Assembly (NCBI RefSeq): GCF_009914755.1
Contig: NC_060931.1
DNA: 64,000 bases
Origin: the human T2T-CHM13v2.0 reference genome, Homo sapiens
Direction: 5' to 3' (one strand)
Shown: piece by piece, positions 14,519-27,238 of the stretch
Numbering within the stretch: the first letter of the stretch is position 1
How the letters are laid out: each line of letters opens with the position of its first letter
Notes under the pieces: model-generated
Seen by the model: only the letters and a program-made list of their open reading frames with translations
Told to the model about the DNA's origin: nothing
Database searches by the model: none
Made by a program: the position numbers and the translations under genes

Positions 14519-16699
14519 GTCTTTATCCAAAATACATAGAAGAATTCTACATTGACAAAGTGAAGATGCTTGTTCCCAAATGCTGGAGATGTGTGATTTT
14601 GGCTTTGTCCAACAATGAAAGCTCTACATAGCCACTGTGTCCTGGAGTCCTTATGAGAGATAGACAGTTTTATTGGTTGTAGAAATTTGCAACTTTGTAC
14701 AAGGGGCAACATTTACACAAGATGCACATTTTTATGAAGATCTCTTCTAAAATTTTGAATAATATTCCATTTCAGTGTGCTTCACTAAACTTGTTGCAAA
14801 CGTGATTTCAGTAATTTCCCTACTTTCAATTACTAATTGCATTAAAATATCAGAGAAAAAAAACATACTGTGCAGCAACTCTCAGTCCAGGAAAGAATGG
14901 ATATGTAGAAAGGATTTTTTATATAATTTTAGGTTTATAATAGAAACTATAGAACTGAATTAAAATGTAATTTCTAGTAAAAATTCTTACTCTTTTCTAA
15001 ACGCAACTCACACATATTACCCTGTAATTTGATTTTGGTACTTGTATGAATTCTGGTGTTAAATAGGAATTTTCTGAGAGCAGAATAAAGAATTAAAAAA
15101 AAAACTGCTCTGGATGCTTTAACCAGTGCCTCAAATGTAATAATTAATACTTATTCACTAAATCAAAGTTTTAGCTCTACTTCTTCATGTAGAAAAGTGA
15201 CTTGGAAATAAACAGTCAGAACTCCAAATGTAAGACTTTGAGATGTAAAGAGACTATCTGAAGCTGAAATCACCTGTCGGGAAACCATCTGGATAGAGTT
15301 CTGCACTTAGGGGATTACTGTAAGAACTTGAATATCTACACCCAAATAATTCATGGAAAAAGACAGCGGACATTTCTACCTAGGACTCAGTAACTGTTCA
15401 TCAAAAGGATCAGGGCATGGGTAATATTTGCCTCTAGCAATAATAGACGTTTCCTTCCACCCCGGTCCTTACTTAATATAAAAAGAAGTTCAAATGAGGG
15501 TTTCTCGTCTGAGCTGAGCCTGAGAAACAAAGTGAAAGGCAAGCCTGAGGAGCAGTCAACTCTGTGTCCAGTTCATTTGTGAAATGAGCCCCAATGAAAT
15601 AACCAATTAAAAGCTCCTTCCTGTGAAGAAAAACCAGCAAGGTCTGGAAATAGCAGAAGAGCCCCAACCCCAGCACCTGTCAGCGGCCTGCGGTTTGAGT
15701 CTCAGGCAAGAGTCACAGTCATTGCGTCACCAATACCACTCGTTTCACCTTAATGGATATTATGTGATGATGGGGATTACTTCAACATGGTGCAAAATAT
15801 TTTGGAGAAATGAATTCCCAGGCTTCAAACACTTAATATCTCATTGCTTATACACAAAGATGCATTGTCGTTTTGAAAGTCAGAATATCAGTTATCACTA
15901 AATTATGTAAGTAACCTCCAGGAAATTTCACAAGGAAAGTCTCACCTCACATGTGACAAATGATCTGGATAATTGGAGTGCCCTTCTTCAAGATCCAAGA
16001 TTTCGTCTTGTTGACTGCCCTACCTGCTTTTTCATCCCCTTCCAGATGCCAAGTTCAGGCCGCTCGAACTCATTTTTCTTGTGCTGAATGAGGCTTGAAT
16101 TAAATTCTCTAAACACAAATTAAAGGGTATCTCGGCATTACCAGGAAGATTTGTGTCTTGTGAAATAATGGGATGGTTTGAGTCAAACGAGTTTGCAAGA
16201 ACTACTCAAACCAAATTGGTTTTGCCCATATTTTAAAATCTTTTCACATTTCACTTATATTTCCACACAAATGCATAAATCTTAAAGCAACTAGAGTCAG
16301 CTGGAAAAAAGAAGTGTTCTAAGCATTTACCGTGAAGAACAGATCGTTAAGAAAGTAGGCTGAGGAAAATTGGGAAGAATGCTGAAATGAGTAGCAATAA
16401 CTGATGAGCTATGCTGATCTAACACACTCCAAGAAAAAGAAGACTAGCAGTCAGTTGACATGGTGTTGTTTCTTTCTATGCGTTATATTCGTTTTGCTTA
16501 AGAAATTTCCTAATACAAAATAACTGTGTCATTCTTCGTTTCTAACTAAATTCTTCTATATGATTCTCTAATTTAATGTGTGCCCAGGTTTCTCTTGACG
16601 TTTCATTGATGATCCAGTGGCAAAGAAGAAGAAACGATACTAAGATGGAAGGAGTTATTGTGAAAATGTACATAGATAAAAGCAGGAACTTATTGCATA

Positions 16700-17400
16700 A
16701 ACATGTCGTTCCTATAAATAAAAATCAAACATATATATGTAAGTCTTCTGATCAGTACTGCAAATTTGCCCTCCAGAAAGGTTATGCAAGTGTGCAGTCC
16801 AAGAAGCATTATTTAGAAATGCTACTAAACAGGTTGGCATTGCTTTGAGAAATAACTCATTATTCGTTTAAATAGCATTTTTAATTTAGTTTCATTATAT
16901 ATTGTTTAGTTGTATTTCTTCTTTGTAATTTACCATTCTTTATTTGCAAATCATTTTGACTACAATAATCAATAATTAATATATCAACTGTTATAATTCA
17001 ATATTCCTGTAGTTAATATTCTCATTTGCCTTATAGGTTTTTCTTTTTTTGTGTGAGATACAGGGTTTTTTTTATTTTTCTATTTTGCATTCAATCTTTT
17101 CCTTTATGGCTTCTGCCTGTTTAATCATGTTTAAAACTGCCTGTCTACTGTAAAATTATATAAATGTTTATCTTAATTATCTCATAATCATTTTATGACT
17201 TCAGTTTTTACATTTAAATCTTCAAACCATCTGGGTTTTACTTTACCGTGGTAAGAAGGATGAGATAGAGCTTAATTTTTTTCCAAATGATTAGTAAATT
17301 ATCACAAAACCTTTTGAAGTAATGATTTCTTCACTGATTGATTGGAAATTCACTTATATAATACATTATTATTTATAGATGAAGTTATTCAGAGACAAAT
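16700..17400 (-). mobile_element. Ancient L1ME-like remnant
   Basis: TACTGCAAATTTGCCCTCCAGAAAGGTTATGCAA and T-rich antisense ORF2-like tracts. Confidence 0.5.
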
Positions 17401-17576
17401 TTAAGCTCAGAAATAGATCTAAGTATTGGAAGTAATTTTAGAACACAGGAGGTGTTCTGATAATATTCAAATCTCCTCTAAAAATTTTTCATTGATATCA
17501 CTTGTTTGAGTATCTCCAAGATTTTGATAGAAAGTATTTTTTATTGGAAGAAAATCGATGCCCCCACTCACCCACC

Positions 17577-17903
17577 TGCGCATGTGTGCATGTGTGTGTG
17601 CACGCACATACACACATACACACAAGCATGCACACACACACATGCATACACACATGAGTGCATACACGAGTGCATACACACGTGCGCACACACACGAGTG
17701 CATACACACACGAGTGCATACACATGCGCATACACACTTGCATACAGACACGTGCATGCACATATGTGCATACACACACGAGTGCATACACACGCGTGCA
17801 TACACACACGTGCACACACACAAATGCATACACGCACATACACACGCACATACATGTGCATACAGACACACACGCATGCGCGCGCACACACACACACACA
17901 CAC
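17577..17903. repeat. ~330-bp alternating purine-pyrimidine (CA/TG/CG) compound repeat
   Basis: Near-continuous RY alternation with recurring ACACGAGTGCAT units, ending in (CG)n(CA)n. Confidence 0.95.
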
Positions 17904-18002
17904 TTCTTACTTCTCTATACCAAAAGCTAACAAAGAGTTTCTGTAAATGTTTCAGGCTTTGTGGTCCCAGCCTCTCTCACAACTACTGAACTCTGAGGTT
18001 GC

Positions 18003-18870
18003 TATTGTGGGATCTCGCCAGCACCCCACAATGCAACGGGGCTCTCTCTTTGTTCCCAGGTGGATCGGCAGGTCGAGAAATAATAGACACACAAGATAGT
18101 GAAAACTGGGTCCGGGGGGTCACCACCTCCTGGACCTGAGATGCCACCAATGCACTGGATATACCAGCATTTATTATTAAGTTTAGTGAGGGTGGGGGTA
18201 GGTTAGTGAGGGATTTAGGGTCATTTGATTATGAGGTGAGATGGTCACATGGGGATGAAGTAATTCTTTAACATAACATCTGTATTCAGAAGTACAGTAT
18301 GCAGAGATAAGAACTTACAATATAGTGTGTGCATTAGCAATTTCTAACAGAGCCTTAAAACAGAAACACAGTCTTTCCATAACCTATGATTAGCAAGACA
18401 TTAATCAGCAGGAACAGTTGCAGCAAAAGCTGGTTACAAACAATCCATAGAAACAGGACGTGAAGCTAGACAACCGGTCAGACCAGAAATTCTCGGAAGG
18501 GAGTATGCCTTAACCCTAAAGAGGCCTAGAAGAGCTGCGGCAAGATGAGGGCGTTTATAGCCCTATCTTATCCATATGGACAGGTGCCCCCCATGCATCC
18601 GTTTATAGGCTCTCCACAAGGGTCGCATTCCATTCCCAGAGCTATGAACATCTGCTTTTCTGGGATAGGAATCTTGGTGATGTGAAACCTCCCTGACTGC
18701 ACGTCTGTTCATAGGCTCTCTTCAGGGGGAAGCACATCACCCGCTGTTGGCTCATTCTGGCAGTCCAACCTGGCATTGTCTTTACACAATCCTGCATGCA
18801 ATTTTGTATTTACAATAATCAGGAGCATTTCATCTTTTATTCTGTAGCAGTAGTTTCAGGTCTCCCTACA
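18003..18870 (-). mobile_element. HERV-K family LTR, MER11D-type (HML-7), 3' LTR
   Basis: Minus strand begins TGTAGGGAGACCTGAAACTACTGCTACAGAATAAAAGATGAAATGCTCC; 868 bp; TATA (GGGCTATAAA) and AATAAA on the minus strand; preceded by a polypurine tract. Confidence 0.82.
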
Positions 18871-19079
18871 ACTCCCCCTTTACTCTGATTTAAATGAACC
18901 ATAGCAATCATGGCTTGGCGCTGATCCTGATTGGATTGAAGAATATTTTTTTCCAATTTTACACATGAACAATAAACCAATAGCACAAATTATACACAGA
19001 ACAAAATTAACAATAGTGGATCCTCCCAAAGATTTTACCCATTGAATGGGGTTGAGATTAGATAACCCCTCAGAGATAC
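18871..19079 (-). pseudogene. Betaretroviral (HERV-K/HML) env TM and cytoplasmic-tail remnant plus PPT
   Basis: Translation ISEGLSNLNPIQWVKSLGGSTIVNFVLCIICAIGLLFMCKIG resembles the HML Env membrane anchor (GLANLNPVTWVKTIGS...); PPT AAAGGGGGAGT abuts the LTR. Confidence 0.85.
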
Positions 19080-19965
19080 AAAACTCTGGGTGACACCCAA
19101 TGAACCATTCTGTTCTAATCAACCTTGATTTTTGTACATTACAATTAGAACCATTGATGATTTTAACATGTCAGGAAAAGCCTTTTCTTTTTCTGATATT
19201 TTTTTCAACAATTTAAAGATGTAAAAAGCATTCTTAGTTCATGGGTCATACAAAACAAATGGTGGGCCAGATTCATCCGGTGGGACATCGTTTGCACTTC
19301 AAATATTGGAAGACTCTTATGATAGACTTTCTATAATCTGTAGTTGGAAATTAATGCACTTTTTAAATATAATGTTTTGAATTGGAATGGGCACAAATTA
19401 TTTGATGTGACTTACTATCAAGTTATATAAACAACTGAACTCTAAATAAAAATATAGGCTCTTGAGTGTGGTAGAAGTAAACAAAAAATGTTTGAGTATT
19501 TGTCACCCATGTAAATAAATTTATGCATCCTTCAATGTTGCTGTGAAATATTTGGCCATCCAGGCACCAGGAGCAATACAAGGAGGTATTTAGCTTTCAT
19601 TTTTGAATTAAAAAGTGGGACATTCACCAGAGGAAACATAATTTAGAAGGAAAACTTTAAGAAGAATTGGCTTTAACAGATGGATTCTGTTTTGGGAATG
19701 ATCATCAATGTAATAGACAATGTATTGTGAATGATTTTATTTTACAACTTTTTATTAAAATGTACTATATTGGAAATCTTATATTAAGAATGCTTATAGG
19801 TCAACCTCGCTTTTACTTTAGCTATAACCTAATGTTTAATAATTATAGTAGTTTTTTCATTAATATTTCGGTCAACATATTTTAAGCTAGATTATTAGGT
19901 TTAAAGGACTGAATTCATGTTACCATATATTGAAGCCCTCGTTTCATAAATAAAGCTTATTGTCT

Positions 19966-20035
19966 TAATAACTCTTTTGTCTGACATTAATATACTGCTA
20001 TAATAACTCTTTTGTCTGACATTAATATACTGCTA
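19966..20035. repeat. Perfect 35-bp tandem duplication
   Basis: TAATAACTCTTTTGTCTGACATTAATATACTGCTA x2, no mismatches. Confidence 0.98.
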
Positions 20036-21135
20036 AACTTTTGATCAGTTTATCCTATTATTTTTATTCCATATCTTCAATTTTTCTCTTATATTTTAGA
20101 TATGCCTCTCTTAAACAGCATAAATCTAGATTTTTTTTACATTTCATCTAAAAATTTCAATCTTTTAAGTTTATATTTAACCATGACTGTAATTACTGAT
20201 ACACTGGAATTCTTCTATTTTTGTGCTTTTCATTTATCTGTCATACTAGGCTAAGTGTTTCTTCTTTTGCTTTACTTTATAAACCAAATCATTTTCTTTT
20301 CTCCACTAGTATAAGGTGAAATATTCTATTTCTGTTCTCTTGTGGTTACGGTAGGCATTTTGATATACATATTTAATGTAATAAGTTAAAATATAATCAA
20401 TTTCTTTTTCAAATTAACCATGACTTTAGACTATTTTAACTCTAATCATATTCATCCCTCTCTTTGCCCTAAATATATTTCTGTAATGCCCAGGTTTGAA
20501 TGCACCTTGATTTAATTATACTTTCATTATTTTGGATTATTTAATTATTTTGATTAAATAATTTCATCTAATGATTTACTGTTTTCTGTCTCTCTGATAA
20601 ATACATAAAAGTAGAAACCTTGCTCATAAGTTAGTGTATGTTTAACTTTATGACATAATACCTAACATCTTTCCAAATTAGTTTTATTTGTACTTTTCCC
20701 CACTAGCACAGCAATGTAGGAGAGTGTCAGGTGCCCCACATCTTCGTCAACATTTGGTGTTGTCCATTTTAATTTTAGCCATTCTAATGAGTTTTAATTA
20801 TTTTCTCTGATAACTTATAATGTCAAGCAGCTTCTTTTTCTCCTGTACTACTGGCTTTTCAAATTAATTATTCCCAGAAGTGTCTGTTCAAGTTCTTTAC
20901 CATTTCCTTATTGGTTGATTTATCTTTTGGCTATTGATTTGTAGAAATTATTTATGTATTCTGGATACAAGTCCTTTGTCAGATATATGCAATGTGTTCT
21001 CCCAGTCTGCTCTTTATTCTTCTTTCTCTTAATGGTGTTTTTGATGGACAAAGGTTTTTTACATTGATGAATTCAACTTATTAATTTTTTTTTGTATTTC
21101 CTTCTTTATGTGTCCTTTCTGGGAAATGTATTTAA

Positions 21136-21600
<465 letters not shown>

Positions 21601-21772
21601 TAAAAATATTTTTTCCTCTCTATTTTTCAGATTTGACAATTTGACTTGTTGCTTTATCTTCAAGTCTATAGACTATTGATTTAGCCATCTCCAACTGATG
21701 TTAAGAATATCTGTGATTTTTTAAAAAATTCAGATAGTTTCTAATGTTAGAATTTCCATTAGTTTGTTTTTA

Positions 21773-21852
21773 TTTTTATTTTTTTAAGTGAAAGCAGGTT
21801 TATTAAGAAAGCAAAGGAATGAAAGAATGGCTACTCCATAGGCAGAGCAGCC
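21773..21852 (-). mobile_element. Retroposed 67-nt LTR R-region (MER41-like) with A-tail and TSD
   Basis: Minus strand GGCTGCTCTGCCTATGGAGTAGCC...CTTAATAAACCTGCTTTCACTT followed by an A-rich tail; 13-bp TSD TAGTTT(G/A)TTTTTA at 21760-21772 and 21853-21865. Confidence 0.85.
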
Positions 21853-22609
21853 TAGTTTATTTTTATACTGTATATTTCCCTGCTGGGATTATCCCTCTCT
21901 TCACTCACTTATGGCTATTTTCCCTTTTACATCTTTGACCATATTTATAATAGTGGTGTTTGATTCTTTGTCTGCTAATTCCAACATGTTGATGATCTCA
22001 GTATTGGTTTCTATTGATGTTTGTTCTCTTGACTATGCATAATATTTTACATTTCTTTGCATATATAGCATTTTTGTATTGTATGCTATACTTTGGGGAT
22101 GATGCATTCTGAAAAGAGAGTGGATTTTGTTATCTTTTGCAGATTATTCATTTTTGTTTTAGTTAACAGTTACATTCAGGGCTGATCACCCTGAATTTAT
22201 GGAGATTTGGTTTTGTACTTTATTGGGGCAGGCTGTAAGTATGGACCTTATAGAATTTTAGCAGACACTCCAAAGTGTCTACTAAGCCCCTTTAATTTGA
22301 ATGGAGTTAAAATCTAAATTGTCTTCCTCTGATGGGCAGCAATTGAAATCTATGTCCAGTTTTTTTCATCCATCTATCGCCTTCTATAGGGCTGTTTGGT
22401 GTTTTTTGCATGCGTCTGCAGTTCAGTTTAACTAAATATTTATGGGGACTTTATATGCAGACTTTTGTCCCCTCCCATTTCTGGGATTTCCCATCTCAAT
22501 TCACAGCCACGTTGGCAATGTCACACTCTCTTCTCTGTTACCTAAAGCCAACAGGCCTGTGGTTTTCTACTTTCTCAGTAGCTGCCTGCCTCACGTGTAC
22601 TGGGAACCT

Positions 22610-23120
22610 TGCCAGGCCCAACCCGCAGACACTGGTCAAGCGACGGATGAAAAAATGTACGCAGACACAGGTTTTTTGCCTGGTCGGGCGGATAGGGGAC
22701 CGGGCCACTCAGACATCAAGGATGCCATAAAGAGTCACAGCGGCTGAGGCCCTGACAAGCTAGCGCTGCGGGCATTTATTTAGTACAGATTTAATAACAA
22801 AGGCTTTGAGTCAACACACTTGTGGGTAATTAACATGGTCGCCCCCCCACCAATCCCCCAACCCCTACCCCCACCCCAGTCCTCACCCCGCTCCCCGAGA
22901 GAGCAGTCCTGCACGTGGATGATTAAAGGCCAGGTTCTAAGGCCTAAGTAAACTAACTTATCTGGATCAATTCCCTTACACTTCCTTGTTATCTGCTCTT
23001 AGAGAATTCAGCTGCCTTTTGCCATAATTTTCTTCTGAAGTTCTGCAAACCCCTGGCCTTCTGAGAAGGTCTGCATTCTCTATCTATAATTTTTCCCACC
23101 ACCCTGACCAATCTCCTACA
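22610..23120 (-). mobile_element. Solo LTR22 (LTR22B-like, HERV-K22/HML-5)
   Basis: Minus strand TGTAGGAGATTGGTCAGGGTGGTGGGAAAAATTATA...GCGGGTTGGGCCTGGCA (TG...CA), 511 bp; partial TSD GAAC. Confidence 0.85.
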
Positions 23121-24660
23121 GAACACTATTGGGAATCTGTATAAACATGGGTCTAACTTAGTGCATTTCTGTCTTTTCAAGGGTTCAGCTTAACTATACT
23201 TTTAGCAATTCTCTACAACTGTCAAATGGTTTTCTTTTTAAAAAATTTCCCAGAGATTATAAGTTTAGTTTGATGTAGGCTACTTTATCATTATGAAACC
23301 CAGAACGATTCAAATCATTATTATAGTTCACAAAATCTCTCTTAAGCTGTGTTTTATGTGTTGTTATATCAATCCTTTAAGGTTTAATTTTTGCTTTTGC
23401 TTTTTATCTTTTTATTTCTATGCATTCTACTGGGTTACTACTAATTTGGCTCAGGAGTTTTGATAGTCTCTTGTTCTATTGTCATACTTTCCATTATTTC
23501 TTTTTTCTTTAAATACATTAAACAGCCATTTTATTCAATAATCCCATTGTTTTCCATATCTTAGGTCTAATACATAAAAGGGTTTTTTAACTTTAATTTA
23601 TGATGGTTTATGTCTTTATGTTTATTTGAGATATTTTTATTGTAAGTTCCCTACCCCTAGGGAAATTAATCTGTAGGAATTCATTGAGCATAGACCTTAA
23701 AGTGCTTGCCTACAGAGAAAAACTTATTTTCTTCTACTGAAATATGGGGGACGTATCCAAAATTGGATTGCCTTGCATTAATGTTTGACTTGATGTTTTA
23801 TAGGCCACACAGTTAGTACAAATGGAGACCCTAAACCCAGAGGTGGTTAGAAATAATTACCAGAGACATATATGTTTTCTTTTTTTTTTTTTGAATACTC
23901 TGTAGCTTATTGAGACTGAAGCAGACAATTATACCCACAACTCCCTCTGCAGAGGTGCTTTCCTGGTTCACCTGCTGAAGATGTCGTCCTTGCTGGGTTC
24001 TAACTTGGGCCCTTATCTTCCAGCCAGCCCCCCTTATTGCTTGGAACCAGGATTTGTCTCATTTCCTGATGCTCCATAAAACCCTAGGTAATTCTCCCAT
24101 ATTAACTCCCATTAAGCCACCTATTTAAGAAAGAAGAACCGGTTAATATTTTATCCATCTTTTTTTTGAAATGCCATAAAAACTAAGTTATTCCAAAAGT
24201 CTATTTAGCAATTTTTCTGGAAATGGAAGTTTTCCTACTGGCTTTTGTTCCATGTGTTTCAAGGCTGGGTTTTTAAGTACATACAAATTTTGACTTTTGA
24301 AAATGTTCTTTGAGAATTCTTACATCACCAACATGCAGTATTCTTCCTTGTGCATTACATTGCTATTTACTTGTATTCCACTTTGTTTCATATACATTTT
24401 GGCAAACCTATCTTCTTTTTGTTAACATTTTCTTAGTATTTTCTTTACAAACATTTTCATTCCTCCTGTATCATTTTAAGTGTCTTTTATTGAGTTAAAA
24501 AATCAATTAATTTGTATTCTGTGCACAAGAATCCCTCTATTATTTAATAGATAAATTTGGACCCATTCATAATTATTGAGAATATTAATATTTTGCATCA
24601 TATTCTTGTTCCATTATTTTGTGCCTCCTTCTCATGCTTTCCAGTTACTCATTTTTCACT

Positions 24661-25577
24661 TTTATATTATTACCTGTTGCCGTATAATAATATTGCCAAA
24701 CTTATTGCCTTACAACAACACACATTAGTTTTCTCAGTTTCTGTGGTCGGGAGTCCAGACACAGCTTAGGTGGCTTTGCTGCTTCAGGGCCTCACAAGGC
24801 TGCAATCAAGATGCCAGCCAGGACTGTGGCCTTATCTTAGGCCTGGCTGGGGAGAGATCTGCTTCCACACTCCTATGGCTAATGGTGGCATTCACTTCCT
24901 GGTGGTTTGTTGGGCTGAGGGGCTCCATCTCTTATTGGCTGGGGGGTCACATTCTTTCCCATGTGGGCTCTCTGTATGACATTACACAACATGGTAGCTT
25001 GCTTCTGCAGAGCCAGCAAGGGAGCGAGTCTACTGCCAAGACTAATGCTACAACTTCATGTAATGCAAGCATACATACATCTGTAACATCTTCCATATTC
25101 TATTGGTTAGAAGGAAACCATAGGTCCTATTCATTCTCAAGGAGAAGGTATATTAGTCTGTTCTCATGCTGCTAATAAAGACATACCCTAGATTGTGTAA
25201 TTTATAAAGGAAAGAGGTTTCATTGACTCACAGTTCCACATGGCTGGGGAGTCCTCACAATCATGGCAGAAGGTGAATGAGGAGCAAAGTTGTGTCTTAC
25301 ATGGTGGCAGGCAAGAGCTTCTGTAGGGGAACTCCCAGTTATAATAAAACCATCAGATTTAGTGAGACTTATTCACTATCACAAGAAGAGTATGGGGGAA
25401 ACTGCCTCCATGATTTGGTTATTTCCACCTGGCCCAGCCCTTGACACATGGGGCTTATTAGAATTCAAGGTGAGATTTGGGTGGAGACACAGCCAAAGCA
25501 TATCAGAAGACATCACACAAGTGCATATGTCCCAGGAGGTAAGAATCCTGGGGCTACCTTCAAGTCCATCTACCACA
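24661..25577 (-). mobile_element. MLT1E/F-like MaLR LTR interrupted by THE1
   Basis: CTCAGTTTCTGTGGTCGGGAGTCC, CACAAGGCTGCAATCAAG motifs; ends CTACCACA. Confidence 0.75.
25149..25505 (-). mobile_element. THE1 solo LTR (THE1C-like)
   Basis: TATATTAGTCTGTTCTCATGCTGCTAATAAAGACATACCC...CCAAAGCATATCA; 5-bp TSD GAAGG/GAAGA. Confidence 0.9.
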
Positions 25578-26830
25578 TTTCTTATATCCTTTTTAGGACA
25601 GATATCATTTTTTTCCTGTCACATTCTTTAATGGTTTGAAGGTTATTTACTTGTTAACATTTCTATTTACACCTATATTTTCCCGACAATGTCTAGTGCT
25701 GATCAGATTATATATTCTTCCCTTGAATAAACCATATAACCTTAGCAAGCGTGGAGTTTCTTTCTCACCTACTCCCACTTTCGCCATTTGCCCTTTGACT
25801 ATTTGGTATTTGGAATTCTAAGCTGAGAATTTAAAAAATGTAAACATAAACAATCAGCAATTATTTGCCTTAAAACTACATTTTACTAAATTACTTGCTG
25901 ACTTTTCATTAAACCCACTCATTTTCTCTTGGGTTTACTTTGTACATTTCAAAATATTGCTGTCCTCCTCTCATTCCTGGATGGTACCCTGATTAAGTAT
26001 AGAATTCTTGATTCAAGGTTATTTTTTCTTTTTGAATTTTTGAAATATTACTCCCTTCACCTTTTGTCTGAAACATTATGTCTAACCTACTCCATATGCC
26101 AATCTGATTTTTGTTCCTTTGTACTTAATCGGATATTTTTCACTTTTGTAACTTTCAAGCATTTTCTTTTTATCTTTGGCTTTCTGAAATTTGACAATTT
26201 GATATTTTAAGTTTTTGTTTTATATTACTTATATCTTGGTGTCCTGTCCATTTATAAAGAATAATTTCAATATAAGTAGATTTATTCTCCAAGATCTAGA
26301 GAAGTTTCTTTGGTTATTCTTTGAATATTCTCCTCCATCTTTATTTGCTTTTTCTAGACATTCTTTCATATAGTACTAATATCACAAATCCCAGATCTAT
26401 CTTCTATGTTTTTCATGCTTTCTGAACTTTTTCATTGTTTGACTAAGTTCTTGAGGAATTCCAAAGGGTAATTTCATTGCTCTGTAATTTACATTTTACG
26501 TATATCAAATGGTATTTGGCTGATACACTAAGGTTTTCTCTCAATAAAATTTTTACTCTGCATGATTTCTATTTGATTTTTTACATCTATTATTCTCCCT
26601 CCCATCTCTCTGTGATGCTACTTATCCTTACACTCTGCTTTGTTCTTTGATTGTGTGTTATTCAGCCTTTGGAGTTTGTTATTTCATGGTGGCTTCTCCC
26701 TTTCAGTGCTAGATGAATCTTGGTAATGCATTCAGCAGCATTTTCTGTTAGGCTCGATGTCAGCACAGCCTGGCTGGGAGGAGCAGTGAGATGTGCTGGA
26801 GTGGTTCATTCTCTCTTCCGGCAATCATGC

Positions 26831-27238
26831 TGTACTAGACTGTTGCGTTGCTCTAAAGAAACACCTGAGACTGGGTAATTTATAAAGAAAAGAGGTTTAA
26901 TTGTCCCCGAGTTCTATAGGATGTGTGGTGCTGGCATCTGCTTGGCTTCTGGGGAGGCCTCAGGGAACTTAGTCATGATGGAAGGCAAAGGGGGAGCAGG
27001 CATCTCATATGGCCGGAGCAGGAGCAAGAGAGTGGGAGCTGCCATACACTTTTAAACCACCAGATCTCATGAGAACTGACTCACTATCACGAGGACAGTA
27101 CCAAGGGGGAATGGTGTTAAACCATTCATGAGAAACTACCCTCATGATTCAATCAACTCCCACCAGGCCCCACCTCCAACACTGGGGATCACAATTCAAC
27201 AGGAGATTTTGGCAGGGACACAGTTCCAAACCATATCA
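26831..27238 (-). mobile_element. MST solo LTR (MSTA/MSTB-like)
   Basis: TGTACTAG...CTGAGACTGGGTAATTTATAAAG...CCAAACCATATCA; TSD CATGC/GATGC. Confidence 0.88.

Larger units (their letters stand above)
17921..19300 (+). mobile_element. MER58B split by an ERV insertion (left part ~17921-18002, right part ~19080-19300)
   Basis: Left: GGCTTTGTGGTCC...CACAACTACTGAACTCTG; right: CTGTTCTAATCAACCTTGATTTTTGTACA...AAAGATGTAAAAAGCATTCTTAG...GGGCCAGATT...GTTTGC; collinear with the intact copy at 6088-6408. Confidence 0.7.

Noticed and set aside
17467-17989. Six overlapping His/Thr- or Cys/Val-rich ORFs
   Set aside because: Artefact of the stop-free RY repeat.
19080-19200. Further ERV internal sequence (gag/pol/SU) extending the 80-aa env ORF
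   Set aside because: The sequence aligns better with the middle of MER58B, so the ORF's N-terminal residues are fortuitous.
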